A DNA stretch of 64,000 nucleotides from Acidobacteriota bacterium (GCA_965217775.1 CBDCJH010000002.1:5696001-5760000), one strand, 5' to 3'. Numbered from the stretch's first letter, positions 37,601 through 46,443 are shown. Numbers and translations are program-made. The notes: generated by a model from the sequence alone, not told the origin.

Positions 37601-38205
37601 ATCTGGAGATCCGCGGCTCGGGCAATCTGCTGGGGCAGGAACAGCATGGGCACATCAATGCCGTCGGCTTCGAACTCTACCTGAAGCTGCTGCAGGAGGC
37701 AGTTCGGGAGTTGAAGGGAGGGGAGATCGAGGAGGAGATCCGAATCAGCATCGACCTGGGCCTGGACATCCACATTCCGCAACATTACATTCGCGACCCG
37801 AGTCAGCGCCTCTGGCTCTACAAGCGGTTGAGCATTCTGTCGAACCGGAGATCTTTGGAAAACCTGAAGGAGGAGGTCGAAGACCGGTTCGGCAAGTATC
37901 CACGTTCCGTCTCCAATCTCTTCGAGTACGGAGCATTGCGGCTGAGCGCGAATCGCTTGAGAATCAGTTCCATCGACCTCAGGGGCCCGAAGGTCTCGCT
38001 GAGGTTCAGGGATGACACGCCGGTATCTCCTCATGACATCGTCGCTCTGGTCCAGGGGAGGACCGATCTCACTCTGGCTCAAGGCGGGGTTCTCAACGTT
38101 CGAGTCCCCTCTTCCGATCGGGCGACCCTCTTCGACTGCGTCAGCGCCGTGCTCGAGAGCATCGGTGAAAGGGTGGAGAACGGGGGAATCAGGAGTCTGG
38201 AGTGA
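34681..38205 (+). CDS. mfd: Transcription-repair coupling factor
   Basis: VRGGIIDVF, VVHIDHGIG (RID), CGDVGYGKTEVA, DEEQRFG, QLRGRVGRS, DLEIRGSGNLLG. Confidence 0.97.
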   Translation: MNPESFLQPSRATSSPGFPTAANLFETLAEKALRNRRLEGLHGADSALVLASIYRENPGFYLWLCPRNRDLETMAENLRLFLPQECRNQVLLLPGSEADPYRGLSPHPEIAAARAVALWKILRWSRGLILTTLTALTPRLPSPRNFMSQCLDLEVGRFFPPDHLARTLDEVGYIREDPVSSVGEYSVRGGIIDVFSPSGSAPVRIEFFGDEIESIREFDPTSQRSVALVPGCHVIPMRELAVTPRDIANWHREAPDQWSEVRFARALDERLQFTANGELFNGFEALFPLVVPARHHLLDYVQGEGGSSPTLVLPDWDELRNEHGKIRERWEQSYRERTDDGDLTLPPDRLGLSTEVFEGWTRQHRTIYLSRLFQDPGQAEPFDFRIERQYSGQFRGLLADLEEWTRRERVVFVMKTPGMVDRLVDIFREYDIHLHRASGFGSALAHRTAVIQGRLSQGFHSPGLGLHLLGEENLFAKSLRTPAPPRTKTDLAASFLSDFRDLKSGDYVVHIDHGIGRFQGLRSLGVGGDAREFVVVSFRGDDKLYVPADRLDQLQKFRSSGESGPRLDRLGGASWHKTKKRIKKSMRRMAQDLLKLYAQREVARGHVFPEDDALVREFEAAFPYEATPDQAAAIQAVKKDMMAPRPMDRLICGDVGYGKTEVAMRAAFRAVNDSKQVAVLTPTTVLALQHYNTFRERFKAFPVSIGMISRLRNRSQQREILEHTESGKTDILIGTHRLLSRDVRFRDLGLIVVDEEQRFGVVQKERLKQLKTRVDVLNLSATPIPRTLSMSLTGVRDLSIIETPPKDRLSIQTAVVRFSRSLIRTAIDLELKRQGQIFIVHNSVETIYTIARMVQETVPEARVAVGHGQMREKQLEKVMLDFLDYRYDVLVATTIIENGLDIPRANTLLVNRAHRFGLAQLYQLRGRVGRSNRRAYAYLLIPSEETLSTAAAKRLAAIREFSDLGSGFRIAAMDLEIRGSGNLLGQEQHGHINAVGFELYLKLLQEAVRELKGGEIEEEIRISIDLGLDIHIPQHYIRDPSQRLWLYKRLSILSNRRSLENLKEEVEDRFGKYPRSVSNLFEYGALRLSANRLRISSIDLRGPKVSLRFRDDTPVSPHDIVALVQGRTDLTLAQGGVLNVRVPSSDRATLFDCVSAVLESIGERVENGGIRSLE

Positions 38206-38341
38206 CGTCGGTGCCGGACTCTTAGTTTGTGAATTCGGTGCGGCCCGGGGGGTCGGCACGGCGATATCGGGTGAGGGCTGATAGAATGGAAGATTCTGAT
38301 AGACAGAGTTAGACGACAGTATCCTGTCTGAGTGCTGCCCT

Positions 38342-39317
38342 ATGATTCTTGCTGTGAAAACTCATGCAGTTTTCCAATGCCGGGCGAAGCTCTCCAAACC
38401 GGGATGGCGCCGATTGGATTGGATCCGGGGCGTCCTGAATCGGATCTACAATTCCGCACTGGAGGAGCGCAAGACTGCTTGGGAACACGACAAGCGTGGC
38501 ATCAGCATGTATGACCAGATGAAGCGTCTGACGCAAGCGCGCAAATCGGACCCGGATGAGATCGGGGCCATCTCCGTGGCTGCGGAACGCGGGATGCTGC
38601 GCCGTCTGGAAGGGGCGTTTCAAGCCTTCTTCCGACGGTGCAAGTCGGGAGAGAATCCTGGGTATCCCCGGTTCCGTCCTCTGGCCCGGATGGAGACGAT
38701 CGACATCGTTGACCCGAGGACGACCATGGTCAAGAAGCGGGCCCGTGGGTACGCCATCAAGCCCAAAGGGTTCCCGACGATCCGCATCTTTCCGTCCCGT
38801 GCCTTGCCGGGCGGCTGCCCGTTGAAGGCGCTGCGGATCGTCCGCAAGCCCAACCGGGTCTACGTGGACTTGGTCTACGAGATCGAGAAGGAACCGTTGC
38901 CCCGTTGTGACTCTGCGGTGGGGATCGACCTTGGAGTCCGCGAACGGGCCGTCTTGTCCAGCGGGGATCGGATCGAACGGAACCGTCGAGACTGGGCGGA
39001 GATTAAGCGTCAGCAGAGAAGGGTGGCCCGTTGCAAGCGGGGATCGAACCGCCGAAGGAAGCGGGTCCGGCAACCGGCATGGTTACACTACCGCGAGCGG
39101 GTCAAGAACCGGAATGCGTGCCACCGGGCCACGACTCGAATCGTCCGTTCTCACGGACTCATCGCCGTCGAGAAACTGAACGTCAAGAGGATGACCACGA
39201 AGGGCCTCAAGAAGAAGGGCCTGCCTGAACATTCTCAGGGCCGGGGTTGATGTCCTGGGTGCCGAAACGTGGGCCGATAGGCCGAGCGTGGCACCGGAAT
39301 TGTATGTCGTCAAGTAA
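38342..39317 (+). pseudogene. tnpB: TnpB with internal deletion/frameshift (no Zn finger, no RuvC-III Asp)
   Basis: YNSALEER..W, AFQAFF..PGYPRFR, VGIDLG (RuvC-I), IAVEKLNV (RuvC-II). After KKKGL the sequence jumps out of frame to the C-terminal LNILRAG..APELYVVK*. Confidence 0.88.
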
Positions 39318-39324
39318 TGTCTAT
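39257..39324 (+). ncRNA. Putative omegaRNA/reRNA scaffold 3' part
   Basis: Nested hairpin GGTGCC..ACG..GGCC-GATA-GGCC..CGT-GGCACC overlapping the tnpB 3' end, just before the right end. Confidence 0.5.
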
Positions 39325-39346
39325 AAGCCCCATAGAATGGACGGCG

Positions 39347-40303
39347 ATGCTCGCGAGTCTGAAACCGATTCGTGCCGGTGGGGCACTGGGCCGGAGTTGG
39401 ATCGGGACGGCGCTGCTGCTTCATCTGGGGTGGGTTGCCTGTGGGCTTCCGGCGGGAGACGCCCGTTCGCCCAAACCGGAGACACTGGTGGCGCAGTTGG
39501 ACGAGGAGCAAATTACGCTTCGAGAATTCGAAGCCTACTTGACGACGGAGCCGGACTCAGGGCAGGACCCGCCTCGAAGAAGCCGGTTTCGTGATTTCGT
39601 GGTGGAGAAAATGCTTCTGCGCCAAGCTCGGCTTGACGGCATCAGCGTGGCCGACGAGGAGTTGGAGGAACAGATGGGGAATCTTCAGATCGCAGCCGGA
39701 GACTCCGAATTCTCCGAACGGTTGCGCCGATTCCTCACCTTTCAAAAGCTGCTGAAGCTGAAGGTCCGGGATCAGGTGGAAGTGACCTCGTCCGACATTC
39801 GCGAATTTTATGGGAGCCACGACGAACAGTTTCGGGTCGGCGATTCAGGAAGGGTGTTGGAGATCCTGGTGGACGACCGGGATCGAGCCCAGGAAATTCG
39901 AGAAACGCTGGAGCCGGGAGACGTCCGGCAGTTCCAGGAGATGGCCCGATTGCACTCCAAGGGTCTGACCGCAGAATCCGGCGGAGCCCTGGGAACCTTC
40001 GAGCGGGGTCAACTGCCGAGCGAGTTCGAAAAGGTCATCTTGTCGCTGGAGCCGGGTGAGATCAGTAACGTGTTTCGATCCCGGCATGGGTACCACCTCT
40101 TCATGGTGGAGGAATGGATACCGCGGCACCACAAAAGTCTCTACCATGTTCAAGAGGGGATCTTCTCGACTTTGATTGCAAAGCAGGAGAGCGCCGCGGT
40201 GGATTCCTACATCGAGGCTCTGCTGGCCGGGGCCTCGCTCCGGATCTACGACAGGGAACTCGACTTCCGGGAGAGCGATGATCATGTTTCCGCGCCAAAT
40301 TAA
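39347..40303 (+). CDS. SurA/PrsA-like parvulin peptidyl-prolyl isomerase
   Basis: SurA N-like helices; EILV; FQEMARLHS..AESGGALG..LPSEFEK..LEPGEISNVFRSRHGYHL. Confidence 0.85.
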   Translation: MLASLKPIRAGGALGRSWIGTALLLHLGWVACGLPAGDARSPKPETLVAQLDEEQITLREFEAYLTTEPDSGQDPPRRSRFRDFVVEKMLLRQARLDGISVADEELEEQMGNLQIAAGDSEFSERLRRFLTFQKLLKLKVRDQVEVTSSDIREFYGSHDEQFRVGDSGRVLEILVDDRDRAQEIRETLEPGDVRQFQEMARLHSKGLTAESGGALGTFERGQLPSEFEKVILSLEPGEISNVFRSRHGYHLFMVEEWIPRHHKSLYHVQEGIFSTLIAKQESAAVDSYIEALLAGASLRIYDRELDFRESDDHVSAPN

Positions 40304-41375
40304 GGTGATTACGATTGCTGGGGTCCTGCTGTTGTCCGGGCCGGTTCCGGGTCAGGACCAGGGAGTGGCCGGAGATCCACCCCGGCCGCCGCAGCGGAAG
40401 CAGCAGGCGCCGCCTCCGGAACCGGTTCTCCTGGACGAGATCGTGGCCCGCGTCAACGACCAGATCATCACCCGCAGGGAACTGGACCACGAGTTGTACA
40501 TCGTCCAATCAGATGTGCAGCGGCGGATACAGGATCGGGAACGCGCCATGCGGATGTGGCAGACTCAGAAGAAACACGTATTGCGCGAGATGATTGACAC
40601 CCGGCTTCTGCTGCAGAAGGCCGAGGAACTGGGTGTGGCTCCCAATGTTGACGATGAGGTCTCGACTCAGATCGAGAATATGCGCAAGGAGAGTGGAATT
40701 CCCAGCCTGGAGGCCATGGATCAGGCCATGCGCCGGCAAGGCTTGAGCCTGGGTCAAATGAGAGAGAGGCTGAGGAAAAAATACATACAGGAACGTCTGT
40801 TGGGCGCTATGGTCTATTCCCGGATCGCGCTGCTGACACCCGAGATCCAGGAGTTCTACGACCAGAACCGTGAACGGTTCACCGAGCCCGAGGAGGTGGA
40901 GTTGGCCGAGATTCTGTTCCTCACCGAGGGCAAGGAGAAGAACCAGGTACATCCCAAGGCTCAGGGAGTCCTGGACCGGCTCAAGGCGGGAGGCTCGTTC
41001 GAAGAGTTGGCCAAGGAGCATTCCGAGGGTCCCACCGCCAATCGGGGAGGGTCGATCGGGTCCTTCAAGCGGGGGTCCATGCAGCAGGTTCAGGAAGCGG
41101 CCGTGACCAAGTTGAAAGAGGGGGAGTTCAGCAACCTCATCGAGGCCGACTACGGTTTTCAGATTCTCAGGTTATTGAAGAGAAAACCTGCGCGGCAGTT
41201 GGATCTGGAAGAGGTGCGGCGCTACGTTCAGGAACAGCTCTACTTCAAGAAGGCGCAGCCTCAGCTCAAGAAGTACGTGGAAGGCCTGCGGGAGGAAAGC
41301 TACATCTACATCGATCCTGAATACCAGAAAGAGTACGAGGTGGAAGAACTCGGACTCACGTCCATCGAATTTTAG
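40278..41375 (+). CDS. SurA-like chaperone/parvulin PPIase
   Basis: Signal peptide; DEIVARVNDQIIT; FEELAKEHSEGPTANRGGSIG; YGFQIL. Confidence 0.88.
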   Translation: MIMFPRQIKVITIAGVLLLSGPVPGQDQGVAGDPPRPPQRKQQAPPPEPVLLDEIVARVNDQIITRRELDHELYIVQSDVQRRIQDRERAMRMWQTQKKHVLREMIDTRLLLQKAEELGVAPNVDDEVSTQIENMRKESGIPSLEAMDQAMRRQGLSLGQMRERLRKKYIQERLLGAMVYSRIALLTPEIQEFYDQNRERFTEPEEVELAEILFLTEGKEKNQVHPKAQGVLDRLKAGGSFEELAKEHSEGPTANRGGSIGSFKRGSMQQVQEAAVTKLKEGEFSNLIEADYGFQILRLLKRKPARQLDLEEVRRYVQEQLYFKKAQPQLKKYVEGLREESYIYIDPEYQKEYEVEELGLTSIEF

Positions 41376-41410
41376 TTTCTTGATCTCGAGTTCTTGTACA
41401 AATTGACGAA

Positions 41411-41538
41411 GTAGGGGCGCCCCTTGTGGGCGCCCTCTTCGGTCTCAAGCGAAGCAAGACGGGGCCAGACGAAGAGTCGGCGGCTGGAAAGCCGCCGCTA
41501 CGGCGAAGAAATTTTGGTTCCGGCTATGCTGGGTTAGG
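41411..41538. repeat. REP-like cluster between convergent genes
   Basis: GTAGGGGCGCCCCTTGTGGGCGCCCT (41411-41436) and GTAGCGGCGGCTTTCCAGCCGCCG (minus strand, 41478-41501); same two families as at 3717-3860. Confidence 0.7.
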
Positions 41539-41599
41539 TTTTAGGCGAATAGCCGTTCATCACACCTGCCGCCGGCGTCCGTCCGAGCCGCTCTCGAAT

Positions 41600-42514
41600 T
41601 TAGATTCCGGCCCGCTTCTCGGCTCTCCGTTTGAACACCCATGAGATGACGATGCTCACCAGGTAGAGCACTATCATGGGTCCGCTCCAGAAGAACAGGC
41701 TGATGGCGTCCACGGTGGGTGAAACGACCGCCGCGACTATCACCATAATGAGGAAGGCGTAGCGGAAGTTTCTCCAGAGAAAGCCGGGAGTGATGAGTCC
41801 GAACATGGACAGGAAGGCCACGATCACCGGAAGCTGAAAGATGGCGCCCATGCCCAGAATGATGATCACCTCGAAATTGAAGTACTCGAGGGCGGTGACC
41901 ATCGGCTGGAAGGCGCTGCCGAACTCGTTGATCAGAAAGTCCAGCGCCGTGGGGAGGATGATGTAATAGGCAAAAGTGCCGCCCAGCAGGACCAGCGCCG
42001 TCGACGAGACCAGGAAGGGGATGATGTAGCGCTTCTCTCGCTGGTACAGGCCCGGGGCGATGAAGAGCCAGACCTGCGAGAGGATCGCCGGAGCGGCCAG
42101 GAAAACGGCCGCGACGAAACAAACCTTCAGGTAGATCGTGAACGGCTCCGTGGGCTTGATGAACGTCAACTTCTCGATACCGCTGTCCTTGATGGGTACG
42201 GCCAGGAATTCGAAGATGGGCTCGCGGAAGATCCAGCAGCCGGTGAAAGCGACCGCGACGGCGATTGCGCTCCAGAGAATGCGCTTTCGAAGCTCGTCCA
42301 GGTGTTCCAGAAAGGTCATCTTGGCGCCCAATTCGCCCTCATCGGGAGAATCCGGGTCGTCTTCGACCTCCGCGGAGGCTACCGGTGTAGGAGGATCGGA
42401 AGGAGGCGGGGCGGAACTGGAAACCGGGACGATTTCCTCCCCCGCGTCTCCGGTGGGCTGAGTCTCGGACGCGCTTGGGTCTTGGGGAGGCGGGGAACCC
42501 GGGGAGTCATTCAT
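41600..42514 (-). CDS. tatC: Twin-arginine translocase subunit TatC
   Basis: MTFLEHLDELRKRI, PTEPF..YLK, QVWLFIAPGLY, FQLP, SPTVD. Confidence 0.96.
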   Translation of the reverse strand: MNDSPGSPPPQDPSASETQPTGDAGEEIVPVSSSAPPPSDPPTPVASAEVEDDPDSPDEGELGAKMTFLEHLDELRKRILWSAIAVAVAFTGCWIFREPIFEFLAVPIKDSGIEKLTFIKPTEPFTIYLKVCFVAAVFLAAPAILSQVWLFIAPGLYQREKRYIIPFLVSSTALVLLGGTFAYYIILPTALDFLINEFGSAFQPMVTALEYFNFEVIIILGMGAIFQLPVIVAFLSMFGLITPGFLWRNFRYAFLIMVIVAAVVSPTVDAISLFFWSGPMIVLYLVSIVISWVFKRRAEKRAGI

Positions 42515-42556
42515 GAAAGACGGTCGATTGGCTGAGCGGGAGCCACCGGGAGTCGA

Positions 42557-42772
42557 TCATGACGCATCGATATCTCTCTGGAGCTTCTTCAACTCGTCTG
42601 TCTCGGCCCGAACCTCCTCTTCCCAGGTTCGTTTCAACTCGTTGGAAGCCCGCTTGAATTCGGCCAGGCTCTTGCCCAGAGACTTGCCCAGGTCAGGGAG
42701 CTTCCGAGGGCCGAAGATCACAAGAGCGATGATGAAGATGATCACCACTTCCTGAAAACCCAAATTCCACAT
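42557..42772 (-). CDS. tatA: Twin-arginine translocase TatA/TatB family subunit
   Basis: LGFQEVVIIFIIALVIFGPRKLPDLGKSLGK..EFKR. Confidence 0.9.
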   Translation of the reverse strand: MWNLGFQEVVIIFIIALVIFGPRKLPDLGKSLGKSLAEFKRASNELKRTWEEEVRAETDELKKLQRDIDAS

Positions 42773-42797
42773 GATTGCCTCGTCTCGCTGGAGGGAA

Positions 42798-42827
42798 ATA
42801 GTAAGTCACGGCGTTGAATCAAGTCAA
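42798..42827 (-). promoter_or_regulatory. sigma70 promoter for tatAC
   Basis: TTGACT-18 nt-TACTAT. Confidence 0.6.
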
Positions 42828-43026
42828 CCGGCAACGCCCCGCGCGGGCGGAGGGATCGCCGTCATGACGCCTTCCGGGGATACATTTCCGGGATAGCAGT
42901 CCGCCGGAATGCAGACCCGGTCGAATGCCGCGACGACTTTTGCCACGGGCGGTTGATGTTATACTGCCCGGCAACCAACGCCATTCGGCGATCTTGGGGA
43001 GACCTGGACGGAAAGGGCTCGGAAGC

Positions 43027-44688
43027 TTGGATTACTCTGGAGACCGGTCGAACAAGGGACTCGGAGTGTTTCTGGTGCTGGCGATCCTGGTCGTCACCCT
43101 GCTCGGCGGATGGCTGGGCGAGAAGGTCAGCGCCGGCGCTCCGCTCGAAGAGGACACCCAGAGTCTGCTGAAGGCCTTCACGGCCACCCTGGATCGAATC
43201 CACTCGGACTACGCCCGGAAGGTAGACGGGAACCACCTGATCGAGAGTGGCATTCGCGGTCTTCTGAGATCCCTCGATCCCCACAGTTCTTTTTTCTCCC
43301 GGGCCGACTACAGCAAGCTCCAGGAAGAGCAGAAGGGCAAGTATTACGGGCTGGGAATCAGCATCAAGGCAGAATCCCCGGGGAGCGGGCGCGTGGTGGT
43401 GGAAAAACCTCCCTCCGTCGGGACCCCGGCCTACAAGGCGGGCATCCAGGTCGGCGACGTGATCTCCAAGATCAGGGGCGAATCGATCGAGGATTGGGAC
43501 CTTATGGAAGAGGTGATCCCCAACCTGAAAGGTCCCAAGGGGACCACGGTTCAGATCACCATCGAGCGCCCGGGTGTTCCCGAACCCATCGAAATGACGG
43601 TGGAACGGGACGAGATCCCCATGTACACGATCGAGTTCGCTTTCTACCTCCCGAACGAGATCGGCTACGTGAAGATCAAGAAATTCTCCGAGACCACGGG
43701 TGAGGAATTGAATGACGCGTTGAAGCGGCTGGACGAATCCAAGCTTCGAGCCTTGATATTGGATCTGCGAAACAATCCCGGCGGCGCCCTCAACCAGGCG
43801 ATCCAGGTCGCCGACCGGTTTCTCTCCAAGGGACAACTGGTGGTTCGGACTCGAATGCGCAAGGGTCGAGGCCACGAGTATGTGGCGCCCAAGGGGCGAG
43901 ATCATGTTTATCCCATGGTCGTCCTCATCGATCGCAACAGCGCCAGCGCCAGCGAAATCGTGGCCGGCGCGCTGCAGGACCACGACCGTGCCCTGATCGT
44001 GGGCGAGACCAGCTTCGGCAAGGCACTGGTCCAGACCATCTACCCATTGGAAAAGAACCGAGGTCTGGCCCTGACCACCGGCAGGTATTACACGCCGAGC
44101 GACCGGCTCATCCAGCGCAGCTACACCAAAAGTTTTTACGAGTACTTTTCGGGAAGGCGTGAGAATTCTTCGCCGGAACGGACCGAGCACAAGACCGACA
44201 GCGGGAGGCCCGTCTTCGGTGGAGGCGGCATCACTCCGGATGAGGAGGTCTCCTGGCCGACGCGTCCCAAGTTTGTGCGTCACCTGAATCTCAAGGGCAC
44301 TTTTCGTCAATTCGTGGAGAAGCTGGCCAAGGGGGATATCGATCCCAAGTTCCGTTTCCCCAGCCAGTTGGAACGCTGGAACAATCTTTCGGAGGTGGAG
44401 AAGGACCGGCTTCGCCACCAGCACCAGGTGACCGGGAAGATCCTAGCCCGGTTCCGGCAATATCTCGACGACAAGAAGATCGTCTACAATCACGCCGATT
44501 TCGACGAAAACAAGCACCTGATCAAGACCTATCTGGAACGGCAGCTCATGACCCGGGTCCTGGGTGAGGAAGCAGGCCAGAGGGTCGCCTTGAGCATCGA
44601 CGTACAACTCCGAAAGGCCATCGAGCTCCTTCCCCGGGCGAAAGCTCTCTTTGATAACGTCGTTCCTGTCAAACAGGGCGACACCTAG
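43027..44688 (+). CDS. S41A carboxyl-terminal processing protease (PDZ)
   Basis: LDPHS, YGLGI, LDLRNNPGG, SASASEIVAGALQD, SFGK, GGITPD. TTG start is inferred. Confidence 0.93.
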   Translation: MDYSGDRSNKGLGVFLVLAILVVTLLGGWLGEKVSAGAPLEEDTQSLLKAFTATLDRIHSDYARKVDGNHLIESGIRGLLRSLDPHSSFFSRADYSKLQEEQKGKYYGLGISIKAESPGSGRVVVEKPPSVGTPAYKAGIQVGDVISKIRGESIEDWDLMEEVIPNLKGPKGTTVQITIERPGVPEPIEMTVERDEIPMYTIEFAFYLPNEIGYVKIKKFSETTGEELNDALKRLDESKLRALILDLRNNPGGALNQAIQVADRFLSKGQLVVRTRMRKGRGHEYVAPKGRDHVYPMVVLIDRNSASASEIVAGALQDHDRALIVGETSFGKALVQTIYPLEKNRGLALTTGRYYTPSDRLIQRSYTKSFYEYFSGRRENSSPERTEHKTDSGRPVFGGGGITPDEEVSWPTRPKFVRHLNLKGTFRQFVEKLAKGDIDPKFRFPSQLERWNNLSEVEKDRLRHQHQVTGKILARFRQYLDDKKIVYNHADFDENKHLIKTYLERQLMTRVLGEEAGQRVALSIDVQLRKAIELLPRAKALFDNVVPVKQGDT

Positions 44689-44694
44689 ACCGAA

Positions 44695-46443
44695 ATGGCT
44701 CGGCCGGCAGCTGGAACAGACCGGGAATGGGTTTCTGTGTGGAAGCTGGAGCCTTCCAGCCGCTGGGCGGTCGCGTTCCGCGGACGCTTTGTCAGGAACG
44801 TGGTGGCCCTGGCCGGCTTGGCCTTGCTTGCCGGCTGTAGTTCTCAGCGTCGAGTCGCCGTACCGGTTCCCGCCGGCAGTTCACCCGTGGCCACTGCACA
44901 CCCGTCGGCAACTGCCGACGACCAGGCCCCGGATCAGGACCTGGAGCTCAGGCGAGAAATGGCCGAGAACCGGGTTAGGGAACGCATACGGTCTTCGTTG
45001 CAGCTCTACCTGGAGGGCGAGTCGCTGTTCAAGCAGGGACAGCGTGACGAAGGCGGGGGCTACTTCCTGAGAGCGTTGGGTCAACTGGTGGAACCCGGGG
45101 AGGAGCCCGTTCTGAACCGGCAGCTGGAACGCGCCTACTTCTCTCTGTTGGGCAAGATCGAGGATCTGAGGCTGGAAGACCTGGACAGCGCCCGAGAGGA
45201 GGACAGTCCCATCGAATGGCTGGCCAACCGCAATGTCTTCACCATTCGGGTGGACCCGAAGTTGAAGCATCTGGCCAGCGAGGGTCTACTGACGTCTCAG
45301 TTTGACGTCCCCGTGGTCCTCAATGAACGGGTGCTCCGATTCCTGACCTATTACCGGACGCGTGGCCGGGTCTTCATGGAAAGGGGCCTAAGGCGGTCGG
45401 GGCGCTACCTCAAAATGTTTCGAGAGGTGTTCCGCAGGGAGGGAGTGCCCCTGGATCTGGTCTACGTGGCCCATATCGAAAGCCTCTTTCGGCCGGATGC
45501 CCTTTCCAGGGCCAGGGCCAAGGGCATCTGGCAATTCATTCCGGGAACGGGGCGCCTCTATGGCCTCAGACAGAACTGGTGGATCGACGAGCGCTCCGAC
45601 ATCCTGAAGTCCACCGTGGCTGCCGCTCGGTTCCTGAAACACCTCTACGGCGAATTCGGAGACTGGTACCTGGCCTTGGCCGGGTACAACTGTGGCCCCC
45701 GGAGAATCGAGCGTATTTGGCGGCGCTACGGGCGCATCGACTATTGGGAGATGGCCCGCCGCAGGCTCCTGCCCCGGGAGACCAGGAACTACGTGCCCTC
45801 CTATCTGGCGGCTACCATCATCTTCAAGAACCCGATTCGCTACGGCTTCCAGGTCGAACCGGATCCGGAGCTGAGGTTCGAGCAGATACCCCTGCCGGAG
45901 CAGGTGGACCTGGAAACCATGGCCGAGCTCATCGAAGTTCCGGCCCGACTCCTTGACGATCTCAATCCCGAACTGAGGAGGCGGGTGACCCCGTTCAAGC
46001 TTCCCGGGTACCGGATGAAGGTACCGTTGGGCACCGGAGAACTGGCACGGAAGAAGGTCGCCCAACTTCCCCCCGAGAAACGGATCAAGCTCCGCCATCA
46101 CCGGGTCCGTAGGGGAGAGACGCTGTCACTGATTGCCCGCCGCTACGCCACCTCGATTCAGGCCATCGCGCAGGCCAATCGGCTCCGGAGCATCCATCGG
46201 CTCCGGATCGGACAGGAACTGGCTATTCCTCTATTCCCTTCCGGGAAGACCGGTGTGGCGCGCCGCGGGGCCTCGACGATCCGTCCTTCCAACTCGTCGG
46301 GACCGCACGTCGTCAGCCGGGGAGACACGCTCTACGCCATTGCCCGGGCCTACGGGGTGAAACTCAAGGACCTGCTCCGCTGGAACAACCTGAGTCCAAG
46401 GCAGCGGATCTTCCCGGGTCAGAAGATCCTGGTGGCACCGTAG
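44695..46443 (+). CDS. MltD-like lytic transglycosylase lipoprotein with two LysM domains
   Basis: LLAGC lipobox; IES, AKGIWQF, DERSD, YNCG, ETRNYVP; two LysM repeats (HRVRRGETL, HVVSRGDTL). Confidence 0.92.
   Translation: MARPAAGTDREWVSVWKLEPSSRWAVAFRGRFVRNVVALAGLALLAGCSSQRRVAVPVPAGSSPVATAHPSATADDQAPDQDLELRREMAENRVRERIRSSLQLYLEGESLFKQGQRDEGGGYFLRALGQLVEPGEEPVLNRQLERAYFSLLGKIEDLRLEDLDSAREEDSPIEWLANRNVFTIRVDPKLKHLASEGLLTSQFDVPVVLNERVLRFLTYYRTRGRVFMERGLRRSGRYLKMFREVFRREGVPLDLVYVAHIESLFRPDALSRARAKGIWQFIPGTGRLYGLRQNWWIDERSDILKSTVAAARFLKHLYGEFGDWYLALAGYNCGPRRIERIWRRYGRIDYWEMARRRLLPRETRNYVPSYLAATIIFKNPIRYGFQVEPDPELRFEQIPLPEQVDLETMAELIEVPARLLDDLNPELRRRVTPFKLPGYRMKVPLGTGELARKKVAQLPPEKRIKLRHHRVRRGETLSLIARRYATSIQAIAQANRLRSIHRLRIGQELAIPLFPSGKTGVARRGASTIRPSNSSGPHVVSRGDTLYAIARAYGVKLKDLLRWNNLSPRQRIFPGQKILVAP

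Larger units (their letters stand above)
38291..39331 (+). mobile_element. Non-autonomous TnpB-only element (IS200/IS605- or IS607-related); boundaries approximate
   Basis: tnpB without tnpA; imperfect inverted ends at 38299-38318 and 39305-39324; flanked by ATAGAATGGA at 38281-38290 and 39332-39341. Confidence 0.7.

Noticed and set aside
38342-39317. Cas12f/type V CRISPR effector
   Set aside because: No CRISPR array or cas genes nearby; the architecture fits a TnpB element.
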